64,000 nucleotides of DNA from an uncultured Candidatus Rokubacteria bacterium (GTDB lineage: Bacteria > Methylomirabilota > Methylomirabilia > Rokubacteriales > DASRDR01): assembly GCA_963708025.1 (NCBI GenBank), contig CAVPSB010000015.1, positions 128,001 through 192,000 of the forward strand, given 5' to 3'. The position numbers and the translations under genes were made by a program. This document shows positions 51,609 to 61,047 of this stretch, in pieces; the first letter of the stretch is position 1, and every line of letters starts with the position of its first letter. Below the pieces are notes generated by a model. It searched no databases, was not told where the DNA came from, and saw nothing but the letters and a program-made list of their open reading frames with translations.

Positions 51609-52391
51609 ATGGATCTCGGATTGCGCGGGAAGGCGGCGCTCGTTACCGGCGCCAGCCGGGGAATCGGCCGGGGCATCGCCGTCGAGCTGGCGCGGGAAGG
51701 CTGCCGGATCGCGCTCTGCGCGCGGGGCAAGGACGCCCTGGACCAGGCGGCGGCGGAGATCCGGGGGCTCGGCGCCGAGGTGGTCGCGGTGGTGGCCGAC
51801 GTCACGACCGACGGCGGCATCCGCGAGGTCGTGGACGCGGCCCGGGCCGCCTTCGGCCGGATCGACGTGCTGGTCAACAACGTCGGGGGCTCGACCGGCG
51901 CCTCCTTCCAGGAGACCAGCGTGGAGGACTGGCAGCGGGCCATCGACCTCAACCTGCTGCCGGCGGTGCGGGCCAGCCGCCTGGTGGTCCCGGACATGCG
52001 GAGCCGGGGGGCGGGGGCGATCGTCAACATCGTCTCCATCTATGGCCGCGAATGGGGCGGGGCCTACGTGCGCCGGCCGACCTACATGGCGGCCAAGGCG
52101 GCGGAGATCGCCATGTCCAAGGCGCTGGCCCTGGAGCTGGCCCCCCACGGGATCCGGGTCAACGCGGTGGCACCCGGCTCGATCATCTTCCCGGGGGGCG
52201 GCTGGGAGCGCCGGACGCGCGAGGACCCCGACGGGATCGCGACCTTCATCGCGGCGGACCTGCCGCTCGGCCGGTTCGGGCGCGCGGACGAGGTCGGCCG
52301 CGTCGTGGCCTTCCTCGCCTCGGACGCCGCCAGCCTCGTCCTGGGTGCCTGCCTGAACGTGGACGGGGGCCAGTCCCGCTCCCTGATCTGA
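51609..52391 (+). CDS. SDR family oxidoreductase
   Basis: TGASRGIG, LVNNVG, YMAAK, VNAVAPG, VDGG. Confidence 0.93.
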   Translation: MDLGLRGKAALVTGASRGIGRGIAVELAREGCRIALCARGKDALDQAAAEIRGLGAEVVAVVADVTTDGGIREVVDAARAAFGRIDVLVNNVGGSTGASFQETSVEDWQRAIDLNLLPAVRASRLVVPDMRSRGAGAIVNIVSIYGREWGGAYVRRPTYMAAKAAEIAMSKALALELAPHGIRVNAVAPGSIIFPGGGWERRTREDPDGIATFIAADLPLGRFGRADEVGRVVAFLASDAASLVLGACLNVDGGQSRSLI

Positions 52392-52458
52392 GCCGCGGCC
52401 GGCGCCCGCGGTCGGAATTTCCGGCCGCCCGGCCGGGGCGCGGTGCTATACCGCTCCC

Positions 52459-53716
52459 GTGAGCGTGCTCTCCAGCGCTCCGCCAGCGTCGTCCCTCCGC
52501 GCGCTGGCCTTCCACGGGCGAGCCCGCACCCTCTTCGGCATTCACGTCGTCAACGTCTTCTTCACGCTCCTGACGCTGGGCCTCTACTACCCGTGGGCGC
52601 GGGTCCGCGCCCGGCAGTACCTCGTCAGCCAGGTCGAGCTCGACGGCGACCGGTTCGGCTACGTACGTGCGGACGGGCTTCTTCGGCATCCCGCGCATCG
52701 AGCGCGTCCGCCTCCAGCCCGACCGCCAGCTTCCCGAGCTGCTGGAGACCGTCCCGTCGGCCGCGTCCCCGCGGCGGCGGCTCACCGATGGGCTCCTCGC
52801 CGCGGGCCGGTGGCCGGAGGCGGTCGCGCACGTCCGCGCGTACGCGCGCTACCATCCCGCCGACGCCGAGTACCTCGCCGGGGTCGCGTCGCGGCTGCGG
52901 CAGGCGGGGCGAGCCGAGGAGCTGGCCGTCGTCCAGGCGCTGCTGGCCCAGGCCGAGCGGGAGGCCCGGGCGCCGCGGGGCGCGACCGCCGACCAGACGG
53001 ATCCGGAGGCCGGGCCCCTCGCGCTGGCCGGCGAGGTGCTCGCGCTGGCCGGGCTCGACACGCGCCTCGCGCAGCTCGAACGGGAGGTCGAGGTGCGGCT
53101 GGGGTCGCTTCGCCCGGCGGCGCGCGAGCCCGGCCGGCTCCAGGCCGTCATCAGGCGAGCCTTCTCGCGCGCCGCGCTGGCGGTGGCCGCCCGGCGGGTG
53201 GTGGCCGCGCGGCTCGGCGAGCCCGAGGCCCAGGCGGCGGTGGGCTGGCTGCGCTCGCCGCTCGGGCGGCGCGCGACCGAGCTGGAGGGGACCCTCTCTT
53301 CGGAGGGGCGTTCCCGCTTCGTCCGCGGGTTCCCCGAGGTGACGCCGCCGCCGGCACGGCTCGCGCTGGCCCGGCGACTGGAGGCCGCCACCGGCGTGGC
53401 CGCGCTGAATGCCGAGGCGAGGACCGCCGTGGAGCGCGGTGTCGCCGGGGCGGCCGCGCCGCTCCTCCTGGAGTCCCGGCGGCCGGACGAGCCGGGTCTC
53501 GATGCCTGGATGGAACGGATCGAGTCCACCGCGTTCGAGGCCGTGACGGGGATCCTCTTCGCCTACCGGGAGCTGGAGGACGCGGCGCTGGAGGAGATGG
53601 TGCGGTTCCGGGAAGGCCCGGCCGGGCGCTGGACCTCCGAGGTCTATCGCGATGCGCTCCTCGGGGCGATCCGGGCCGGCGAGGCGCGCGCCGCCGCGGC
53701 GGCCGGCCAGCGCTGA
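52459..53716 (+). CDS. Truncated DUF898/YjgN N-terminus joined to a DUF2059-like helical domain; frameshift at ~52660
   Basis: FHG..LFGIHVVN.FFTLLTLGLYYPWARVR..Y..DGDRFGY; removing duplicated TACG joins to ..WLRSPLGRR..FAYREL..F..GPAG. Confidence 0.55.
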
Positions 53717-53751
53717 GAGACCAGGGCGGCGGGGAGACCCAACCGATCGCC

Positions 53752-53781
53752 TTGACGGTCGTGCCGCCGCCCGGATAGACT
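53752..53781 (+). promoter_or_regulatory. Sigma70-type promoter for the ligase operon
   Basis: TTGACG-18-TAGACT. Confidence 0.55.
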
Positions 53782-53821
53782 CCCCGGTACCGGTCGGTCG
53801 TTCTTTCCCGAGAGCAGACGC

Positions 53822-54793
53822 ATGAAGCTAATCGGCATCCTTTTCGGCCAGGAGCGGGCCTTCCCCTACACCCTGATCGAGCGCATCAACGCGCTCGGGG
53901 CGAACGGGGTCGCGGCCGAGCCGGTCACCGTCGGGGGCGTGAGCCTGGAGACGCCCCGGCGCTACGATCTGGTGCTCGACCGGATCAGCCAGGACATCCC
54001 CTTCTATCGCGCGATCCTCAAGAAGCTCGTGGTGGACGGCACCGTCGTGGTCAACAACCCCTTCTGGTGGTCGGCCGACGACAAGTTCTTCAACAACGTG
54101 GTGGCCCACGCCATCGGGGTGGCGGTGCCGAAGACGGTCATCCTCCCGTCGAACCAGCACCCGCCCAACACGACGTCGTCGTCGATGACCAACCTCGTCT
54201 ACCCGCTCGACTGGGCGTCCATCTTCAGCCACGTCGGCTTCCCCGCCTACTTCAAGCCCTACGCCGGGGGCGGCTGGAAGAGCGTCTACCGCGTGAGCGG
54301 CCCCGACGAGTTCTTCGCGGCCTACCAGGCCTCGGGGCAGCTCGTCATGACCCTCCAGGAGGAGATCCGCTTCGAGGAGTATTTCCGCTGCTACGTCATC
54401 GGGCAGAAGTACGTCCACGTCATGCGCTACGACCCGCGCCAGCCGCACTTCCAGCGCTACCTGCGGGATGCCCCTCCGATCGACCCCGCGCTCCACGCGC
54501 GCCTCCACGGGGACTGCCTCAAGCTGGCGACCACGCTCGGCTACGACTTCGACACCATGGAGTTCGCGGTCCGGGACGGCGTCCCCTACGCCATCGACTT
54601 CCTCAACCCGGCCCCCGACGCCGACCCCGGCTCGATCGGGCCGGCCAACTTCGAGTGGATCGTCGAGCACTCCGCCCGGTGGCTGGTCGAGCGGGTGCTG
54701 CAGGGGGCGGACCCGGTGAAGCAATTCCACTGGCAGGTCCTGCTGTCGGGCGGCCAGGTGCCGGCGCCGGCGGCGGGAGAGGACCCGCGATGA
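53822..54793 (+). CDS. ATP-grasp ligase (RimK/glutathione synthetase-like)
   Basis: VVNNPFWWSADDKF, VPKT, FPAYFKPYAGGGWK, LQEEI, EFAVRDGVPYAIDFLNPAPD. Confidence 0.88.
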   Translation: MKLIGILFGQERAFPYTLIERINALGANGVAAEPVTVGGVSLETPRRYDLVLDRISQDIPFYRAILKKLVVDGTVVVNNPFWWSADDKFFNNVVAHAIGVAVPKTVILPSNQHPPNTTSSSMTNLVYPLDWASIFSHVGFPAYFKPYAGGGWKSVYRVSGPDEFFAAYQASGQLVMTLQEEIRFEEYFRCYVIGQKYVHVMRYDPRQPHFQRYLRDAPPIDPALHARLHGDCLKLATTLGYDFDTMEFAVRDGVPYAIDFLNPAPDADPGSIGPANFEWIVEHSARWLVERVLQGADPVKQFHWQVLLSGGQVPAPAAGEDPR

Positions 54794-54845
54794 CGGAACA
54801 CCCGGGCGCGTCGGGGCCCGTGCATGCTGGCCCAGGTATCGCGCG

Positions 54846-54917
54846 ACACCCCTCCCCCCGGCCACAGGCCGAAGGCCGTCCAACGGTGGGGAGGGGACGG
54901 GGGTGGGGGTGGACCCA
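54846..54917 (+). repeat. G-rich repeat variant carrying a GGCCGAAGGCC hairpin
   Basis: CCCCTCCCC..CCACAGGCCGAAGGCCGTCC..GGTGGGGAGGGG..GGGTGGGGGTGGACCCA-ATG; same ends as 34654-34785. Confidence 0.85.
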
Positions 54918-56042
54918 ATGAACATCGAGCGGCCGGCGTTCACCCTCGGCGTCGAGGAGGAGTTCCAGATCGTCAACCCGGAGACCCGGGAGCTCAGGAG
55001 CCGGGCCCAGCAGGTCCTCGACGAGGGGAAGCGGCTGCTCCACGAGCACTTCAAGCCGGAGCTGCACCAGTCGGTCGTGGAGATCGGTACCGGGATCTGC
55101 AAGAACGTCCAGGAGGTGCGCCGGGACGTCACCGAGCTGCGGGCCGAGCTGATCCGCATGGCCCGGCGGAAGGGACTGCGAGTGGCGGCCGCCGGCACCC
55201 ATCCCTTCTCCCATTGGGCCGACCAGCTGATCACGGCCGATCCCCGGTACGACGCCATCGTCGACGAGCTGCAGACGGTGGCCCGGGCCAACCTGGTGTT
55301 CGGGCTCCACGTCCACGTCGGGATCAAGGACCGCGACCTGGCCATCCAGATCATGAACGAGGCCCGGTACTTCCTGCCGCACCTGCTCGCGCTCTCGGCC
55401 AACTCCCCCTTCTGGCTCGGCCGGAACACCGGGCTCAAGAGCTACCGGACGCGGGTCTTCGAGCAGTTCCCCCGCACCAGCATCCCGGAGACCTTCGAGA
55501 CGGCGACCGCCTTCGACGAGTTCGTCCGGGTCCTGGTGAAGACCAACTGCATCGACAATGGAAAGAAGGTGTGGTGGGACGTCCGGCCCCACCCGTTCTA
55601 CGACACCCTCGAGTTCCGCGTGTGCGACATCCCGATGCGGGCCGACGAGACGGTGGCGCTGGCCGCCCTGATCCAGGCGATCTGCGCCAAGCTCTATGAG
55701 CTGCGGGCCCGGAACCTCGGCTTCCGGGTCTACCGGCGCGGGCTGATCCTGGAAAACAAGTGGCGGGCCAGCCGCTGGGGGATCGACGGCAACCTCATCG
55801 ATTTCGGCAAGGAGATCGAGGTGCCGTTCCGCGACCTGGCCGGGGAGCTGCTGGAGTTCGTCGACGACGTCGTTGACGACCTGGGGAGCCGCCAGGAGGT
55901 CGAGTCCATCAACTGGATCCTCCGCCACGGGACGGGGGCCGACCGGCAGCTCGCCCGCTACGCCGAGTCCGGCGATCTCCGGCAGGTCGTTGACTTCGTC
56001 TGCGAGGAGACCGCGCACGGGCTCGACGTTGACCAACCCTGA
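54918..56042 (+). CDS. ybdK: Carboxylate-amine ligase, YbdK/GCS2 family
   Basis: TLGVEEEFQ, AGTHPF, GLHVHVG, ALSANSPFW, WWDVRPHP, TLEFRVCD, ENKWRASRWG. Confidence 0.92.
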   Translation: MNIERPAFTLGVEEEFQIVNPETRELRSRAQQVLDEGKRLLHEHFKPELHQSVVEIGTGICKNVQEVRRDVTELRAELIRMARRKGLRVAAAGTHPFSHWADQLITADPRYDAIVDELQTVARANLVFGLHVHVGIKDRDLAIQIMNEARYFLPHLLALSANSPFWLGRNTGLKSYRTRVFEQFPRTSIPETFETATAFDEFVRVLVKTNCIDNGKKVWWDVRPHPFYDTLEFRVCDIPMRADETVALAALIQAICAKLYELRARNLGFRVYRRGLILENKWRASRWGIDGNLIDFGKEIEVPFRDLAGELLEFVDDVVDDLGSRQEVESINWILRHGTGADRQLARYAESGDLRQVVDFVCEETAHGLDVDQP

Positions 56043-56047
56043 GATCG

Positions 56048-56114
56048 TCGGGACCTCCCTCCCACCCCCCCAGCCCCCCTCCCCCACCCACCGGGGGGAG
56101 GGGGGAGCCGGAGG
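56048..56114 (-). repeat. G-rich palindromic repeat, copy B (inverted)
   Basis: Reverse complement matches copies A and C with identical run lengths. Confidence 0.9.
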
Positions 56115-56116
56115 CC

Positions 56117-57142
56117 CTGATCCCTTCACCCTCTGAGATCCTCGGGGGGGTCGATCCCGAGCTGGCGCCTGGGGCACGGAACGCCATCCGGACCTGCCTG
56201 CGGGTGGCGGCACACGAGCGGGTCACGCTCATCACCGACCGGGAGACGGCGGCCATCGCTGCCAGCCTGGCCGCCGAGGTCCGGGCGGTCGGGGCGCCCC
56301 TCGAGACCCACGTGCTGGAAGACTACGGGCCGCGGCCGATGACCGCCATGCCGGAGCCGATCCTGGCCGCCCTGGAGCGGAGCGCGGTCTCCATCTACGC
56401 CGCCCAGCCCAAGCCGGGGGAGCTGGCCAGCCGGATCGAGATGACGGCCGTCGTCAATCGGCGCCGGATCCGCCACGGCCACATGGTCTCGATCTCGCCG
56501 CGGATCATGGTCGAGGGCATGCGGGCCGACTTCGAGCGCGTCGATGCCCTCGGCACGCGCGTCCTGGAGCGGGCCGTGCGGGCTCGGCGCATCACCGCCC
56601 GGTCCCGGGCCGGCTCCGACCTGGAGGCGACCTTCGATCCGGCCATCCGCTGGATCAAGACGAGCGGCATCATCTCCCCCGAGAAGTGGGGCAACCTGCC
56701 GGGGGGCGAGGTCTTCACCGCGCCGGCCCGGGTGGACGGCGTCTACGTCGTGGACGGGGTCCTCGGCGACTACCTGTGCGCCCGGTACGGCGACCTGGAG
56801 GCGATCCCGCTGACGGTGGTCATCGAGGACAGCCGGGTGGCCGACGTCCGCTGCGCCCGCCCCGACGTCGCCGCGGATTTCCGGGCCTACACGCGGGCCC
56901 ACGAGCACTCCGACCGGGTCGGCGAGTTCGCGTTCGGGACGAACCTCGCCGTGCGCTCGATCATCGGGAACATCCTCCAGGACGAGAAGCTGCCCGGGCT
57001 CCACCTCGCCTTCGGCCACCCGTACACCGAGCACACGGGGGCGTCCTGGTCGTGCCCCACCCACCTCGACATCGTCGGCCGGCACTTCGACATCTGGATC
57101 GACGGGGAGCCGGTGATGGCCGACAGCCAGTACCTCATCTGA
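56117..57142 (+). CDS. M29 family aminopeptidase; start uncertain because of repeat insertion
   Basis: GARNAIRTCL, GNLPGGEVFTAP, VGEFAFGTN, LQDEKLPGLHLAFG, HLD. Confidence 0.88.
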   Translation: MIPSPSEILGGVDPELAPGARNAIRTCLRVAAHERVTLITDRETAAIAASLAAEVRAVGAPLETHVLEDYGPRPMTAMPEPILAALERSAVSIYAAQPKPGELASRIEMTAVVNRRRIRHGHMVSISPRIMVEGMRADFERVDALGTRVLERAVRARRITARSRAGSDLEATFDPAIRWIKTSGIISPEKWGNLPGGEVFTAPARVDGVYVVDGVLGDYLCARYGDLEAIPLTVVIEDSRVADVRCARPDVAADFRAYTRAHEHSDRVGEFAFGTNLAVRSIIGNILQDEKLPGLHLAFGHPYTEHTGASWSCPTHLDIVGRHFDIWIDGEPVMADSQYLI

Positions 57143-57163
57143 GGGAGTGTGAGGCATCGGCCT

Positions 57164-57229
57164 CTCCGGCTCCCCCCTCCCCCCGGTGGGTGGGGGAGGG
57201 GGGTTGGGGGGGTGGGCGGGAGGTCCCGA
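57164..57229 (+). repeat. G-rich palindromic repeat, copy C
   Basis: Near-identical to copy A; ends 2 nt before ATG 57232. Confidence 0.9.
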
Positions 57230-57231
57230 AG

Positions 57232-58428
57232 ATGATTTCCGAGTGGCGGCGGGCGTACAACGCCGCTTACTCCGACGAGAAGTACCAGGCGTACCGCCGG
57301 CGCCTGGAGGCGAAGGCGGGCTGCCCGATCGACTTCCGCCTTGCCGAGACCCCGGTGTTCCTGCCGGCCGAGCTCCGCGAGGCGATGGTCTCAGCCGCCG
57401 CCGCCATCGTCGAGCAACTCGCCAGCCCGGGCCACCAGCGCGCCTCGCTGGCCGCGGTCCCCGCCGAGTTCGACGTCCCCGGCTGCGACGACCACCCGCG
57501 CTTCGTCCAGGTCGACTTCGCGGTGACGCGCGAGGGTGACCGGCCCGACGGCCGCCTCGTGCCGCGGCTCATCGAGCTGCAGGGCTTCCCGTCCCTCTAC
57601 GGCTTCCAGGTTTTGCAGGCCCTCGAGCTGAAGAAGCTGGTCCCGGACGGGGAGGGGCTCCGCTTCCTTTTCTCCGGCCTCGACCTCGACGGGTACCGCC
57701 GGGTGCTGGGAGAGGCGATCCTGGATGGCTGCCCGCCCGAGCACGTCGTCCTGCTGGACCTGGACCCCCCGTCCCAGAAGACGTACCCCGACTTCGCGAT
57801 GACCGAGAGGCTCTGGGGCGTCCGGGCGGTGTGCCCAACCAGCCTCGAGAAGCGGGGGCGGGAGCTCTGGTACCGCCGGGACGGCACGCCGACCCGGATC
57901 CTCCGGATCTACAATCGGGTGATCGTGGACGAGCTGGTGGCCAAGCGGGTCGCGCTGCCGTTCCGTTACACCGAGCCCCTCGACGTCGAGTGGGCTGGCC
58001 ACCCCAACTGGTACTTCCGCTGGAGCAAGCACTCGCTGCCGTGGCTCGACCACCCGGCGGTGCCCGAAGCTCGATTCCTCTCGGATTTCGACCGCCCGCC
58101 GGACGACCTCGCGCGCTGGGTCCTGAAGCCGCTCTTCTCCTTCGCCGGGCTGGGCGTGAAGGTGGACGTGACCCGGGCGGATCTCGACGCGGTCCCTCCC
58201 GAGCGGCGAGGGCAGACGCTCCTCATGCGGAAGGTCGAGTACGCGCCGGTCGTCGAGACCACCGACGGCCACGCCTCGAAGTGCGAGGTGCGGGTCATGG
58301 TCGTCTGGGCGGCCGGGGGGCCGCGCCCCGTCACCACCCTCGTCCGCCTCTCCCAGGGCCAGATGATGGGCGTCGACTTCAACAAGGACCGGACCTGGGT
58401 CGGCTCCTCGGCCGCCCTCTGGCCCTGA
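57232..58428 (+). CDS. Uncharacterised ATP-grasp-like ligase (circularly permuted/GSP-synthetase-like)
   Basis: QVDFAV..RLIELQGFPS, RIYNRV, WVLKPLFSFAG.GV, MRKVEY, EVRVM. Confidence 0.65.
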   Translation: MISEWRRAYNAAYSDEKYQAYRRRLEAKAGCPIDFRLAETPVFLPAELREAMVSAAAAIVEQLASPGHQRASLAAVPAEFDVPGCDDHPRFVQVDFAVTREGDRPDGRLVPRLIELQGFPSLYGFQVLQALELKKLVPDGEGLRFLFSGLDLDGYRRVLGEAILDGCPPEHVVLLDLDPPSQKTYPDFAMTERLWGVRAVCPTSLEKRGRELWYRRDGTPTRILRIYNRVIVDELVAKRVALPFRYTEPLDVEWAGHPNWYFRWSKHSLPWLDHPAVPEARFLSDFDRPPDDLARWVLKPLFSFAGLGVKVDVTRADLDAVPPERRGQTLLMRKVEYAPVVETTDGHASKCEVRVMVVWAAGGPRPVTTLVRLSQGQMMGVDFNKDRTWVGSSAALWP

Positions 58429-58489
58429 TTGTGCCCGGAACCCCGCCAGGCAATCCTTCGCCAGGGCAGCGGGGAATTCGCGGGGGTCA

Positions 58490-58537
58490 GCCCCCCTCCC
58501 CCAGTGGGTGGGGAGGGGGTCGGGGGTGGGGGAGGTT
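58490..58537 (+). repeat. G-rich repeat variant, copy D
   Basis: CCCCCCTCCCCCAGTGGGTGGGGAGGGGGTCGGGGGTGGGGGAGG between convergent genes. Confidence 0.8.
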
Positions 58538-58538
58538 C

Positions 58539-59249
58539 CTAAAGATAGTGGCGGATCTGCTCCTTCCACCACGGCCAGTCGTGGCCGTAGGGCGCCGCCC
58601 AGATGTGACCGCGGTGGGGGATGCCCTTGGCCTGCAGCACGGCGATGAGCTGCCGCGAGCCCTCCACGATGTTGTCCAGCTCGCCCGTCACGATCGCGAT
58701 GTCGAGCGCCGACAGCCGGTGGACCCAGTCCGCGCCCATGTTGGCGACGTAGGCGGTGGGGCAGTGGTAGTAGGCCACGTCGTCCCAATAGCCGTCCAGG
58801 AACGCGTGGATGTCGTACTTCCCCGACAGGCCCACCACCTTGTTGACGAGGTCGGGGTGGCGGAAGCCGAAGTTGACCGCGTGGTAGGCGCCGAAGCTGC
58901 ATCCCAGCGTCGCGAGCCGGCCGTCGGTCCGGGCGCGGGCCCGGACCAGGGGCACGACCTCCTCGGACAGGCAGCGGTCGTACTGCTGGTGGCGGGCCAG
59001 CCGCTCGGCCGGGTGCCGGTCGGTCGCGTAGAAGCTCTCTTCGTCCACCCCGTCCACGCACGCGACCTGGATGGCACCGCCCTCGATCAGGTCGGCGACC
59101 GCGCCCACCAGGCCGAAATCCTCCGCCTGGTAGAATCGCCCCTTCGAGGTCGGGAACCAGACCATCGGGCGGCCGCCGTGGCCGAAGTAGAGCATCTCCA
59201 TCCCGCGACCCAGGCTCGGCGAATCCCACGTGACGTAATCCCGCTTCAT
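58539..59249 (-). CDS. Esterase (alpha/beta hydrolase)
   Basis: WDSPSLGRGM, FGHGG.P..WFPTS.G, GCSFG, GHDWPWW. Confidence 0.88.
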   Translation of the reverse strand: MKRDYVTWDSPSLGRGMEMLYFGHGGRPMVWFPTSKGRFYQAEDFGLVGAVADLIEGGAIQVACVDGVDEESFYATDRHPAERLARHQQYDRCLSEEVVPLVRARARTDGRLATLGCSFGAYHAVNFGFRHPDLVNKVVGLSGKYDIHAFLDGYWDDVAYYHCPTAYVANMGADWVHRLSALDIAIVTGELDNIVEGSRQLIAVLQAKGIPHRGHIWAAPYGHDWPWWKEQIRHYL

Positions 59250-59262
59250 GGCCGGGGGCTCA

Positions 59263-59475
59263 TCAGCGCTCGGAGTAGTCGTTGCCGATGACGAAGTCCC
59301 ACTCCCGGGCGCCGGGCGTGCCGAAGCTGCGGCGGAAGAGCGGCTCGGCCGGGGCCCGCGTCACGCCGCTCTCGCCGGAGTCGCCGGCGGGCGGGCCCGT
59401 GGCGCACCCGGCGGCGAGCCCGACCCACAGGCCGCCTGCCATCACCCAGACCACCACCCGCCGGCGCCTGCTCAT
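59263..59475 (-). CDS. Small putative lipoprotein
   Basis: MSRRRR, hydrophobic stretch, LAAGC lipobox; GAGGGAGG SD. Confidence 0.6.
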   Translation of the reverse strand: MSRRRRVVVWVMAGGLWVGLAAGCATGPPAGDSGESGVTRAPAEPLFRRSFGTPGAREWDFVIGNDYSER

Positions 59476-59609
59476 GCCCCGACCTCCCTCGTGTTCCCGA
59501 TTGGTCATGTCGCTCCCCGCGTGATTGTAGCGCCAGACGCGGGCTTGATCCGATGAAACACCGGTCACGGGTGGACCGGGTCGAGAACACGCAGGTCGGG
59601 GCGGTGCGG

Positions 59610-60860
59610 ATGTCCGGGGACCACGCAGGCGGCGGGCTCTCGTCGGACGGCAGGCTCCTCTTCGCGGCGTACGCCGTGCGCATGTTCGCCTACGGCTTCC
59701 TGTCGGTCATCCTGGGGCCCTACCTGGCCTCGCTGGGACTGTCGCCGACCACCATCGGCTGGATCTTCACGGCCTCGCTCGCGGGCGGCGCCCTGATGAC
59801 GGTGGCGCTGGCCGGGGTCGCGGACCGGGTGGGCCGCCGCCGGGTCCAGCTCGCGGGGGCGGTCCTGATGCTCCTCGGGGGCGTCCTCTTCGTCCTGACG
59901 GACCGCCTGGTCCTGCTCGTGATCGCCGCCACGGTGGGCGCCATCAGCCCCTCCGGCAAGGACGTGGGGCCGTTCCTGGCGGTCGAGCAGGCCATGCTCC
60001 CGGCGACCACGGCGGCCGCGCAACGGACCCGGGTCTTCGCCACCTACAACCTCGTCGGCGCGCTGGCCGGCGCGCTCGGCGCGCTGGCCGCCGGGCTCCC
60101 GGCTCTCATTGGCCTGGCGCCTCTCGCCGGGTATCGCGCGCTCGTCTGGGGATACGCGGTCGCCGCCCTGCTGCTGATCGTCCTCTATGGCCGGCTGAGC
60201 CCCCGGGTGGAGGCCGCCCCCGACCCCGGCGCCGGCCGCCGGCGGTGGCTCGGGGCGTCCCGCTCCCGCGGCCTCGTGCTGCGACTCGCCGCGCTCTTCG
60301 CGCTCGACTCGTTCGCCGGGGGCTTCGTGGTCCAGGGGCTGGTGGCGTACTGGTTCTATCTCCGCTGGAGCCTCGACACGACGGCGCTGGCCGGCATCTT
60401 CTTCGGGACCAACGTGCTGGCCGCGCTCTCCTTCCTGCTGGCCGCTCCCATCGCCCGGCGGATCGGGCTCCTGAACACGATGGTGTTCACGCATCTCCCG
60501 TCCAACGTGCTGCTCCTGCTCGTGCCCCTGATGCCGAGCGCCGCTCTCGCGGTCGCGGTGCTGCTCGCCCGCCATCTGCTCTCCCAACTCGACGTCCCGA
60601 CCCGCCAGTCCTACACGATGGCCGTGGTGGACCCGGCCGAGCGCGCGGCTGCCGCCGGCCTGCTGGCCGTGGCCCGGAACGGCGCCGCCGCCGTCGCTCC
60701 GGCCTTCGCGGGCGCCGCCCTCGCCGTGCCGGCGCTCGGCCTGCCGTTCCTGGTGGCGGGCGGCCTGAAGATCACCTACGACCTGGCGCTGTGGGCGCTC
60801 TTCCGCGCCGTCCGGCCCCCGGAGGAGACCGCGCCCGCGCCATCCTCGACCTCTCGCTGA
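59610..60860 (+). CDS. MFS transporter
   Basis: ADRVGRRR, ~12 hydrophobic segments, DVPTRQSY. Confidence 0.9.
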   Translation: MSGDHAGGGLSSDGRLLFAAYAVRMFAYGFLSVILGPYLASLGLSPTTIGWIFTASLAGGALMTVALAGVADRVGRRRVQLAGAVLMLLGGVLFVLTDRLVLLVIAATVGAISPSGKDVGPFLAVEQAMLPATTAAAQRTRVFATYNLVGALAGALGALAAGLPALIGLAPLAGYRALVWGYAVAALLLIVLYGRLSPRVEAAPDPGAGRRRWLGASRSRGLVLRLAALFALDSFAGGFVVQGLVAYWFYLRWSLDTTALAGIFFGTNVLAALSFLLAAPIARRIGLLNTMVFTHLPSNVLLLLVPLMPSAALAVAVLLARHLLSQLDVPTRQSYTMAVVDPAERAAAAGLLAVARNGAAAVAPAFAGAALAVPALGLPFLVAGGLKITYDLALWALFRAVRPPEETAPAPSSTSR

Positions 60861-60879
60861 GCCGTCGGGACCAGAAAGT

Positions 60880-60915
60880 ACGAGAGCCTCCGGCGAACTC
60901 GCCGGAGGCTCTCGT
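60880..60915. terminator. Perfect 17-bp inverted repeat between convergent genes
   Basis: ACGAGAGCCTCCGGCGA-AC-TCGCCGGAGGCTCTCGT. Confidence 0.65.
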
Positions 60916-60989
60916 CGTGCGACGGATCGCCGTAGATCAGACCCCGCTCAGGCGATTCCCGTAGGGCAGGGCCGAGGAGCGAGCAGCGC

Positions 60990-61009
60990 CCACAGGCCGA
61001 AGGCCGTCC
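60990..61009 (+). repeat. Isolated GGCCGAAGGCC hairpin module
   Basis: CCACAGGCCGAAGGCCGTCC, identical to 54862-54881. Confidence 0.8.
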
Positions 61010-61047
61010 GAACGACGACGCGATGCGACGCTCATCGGCCCTGTCCC

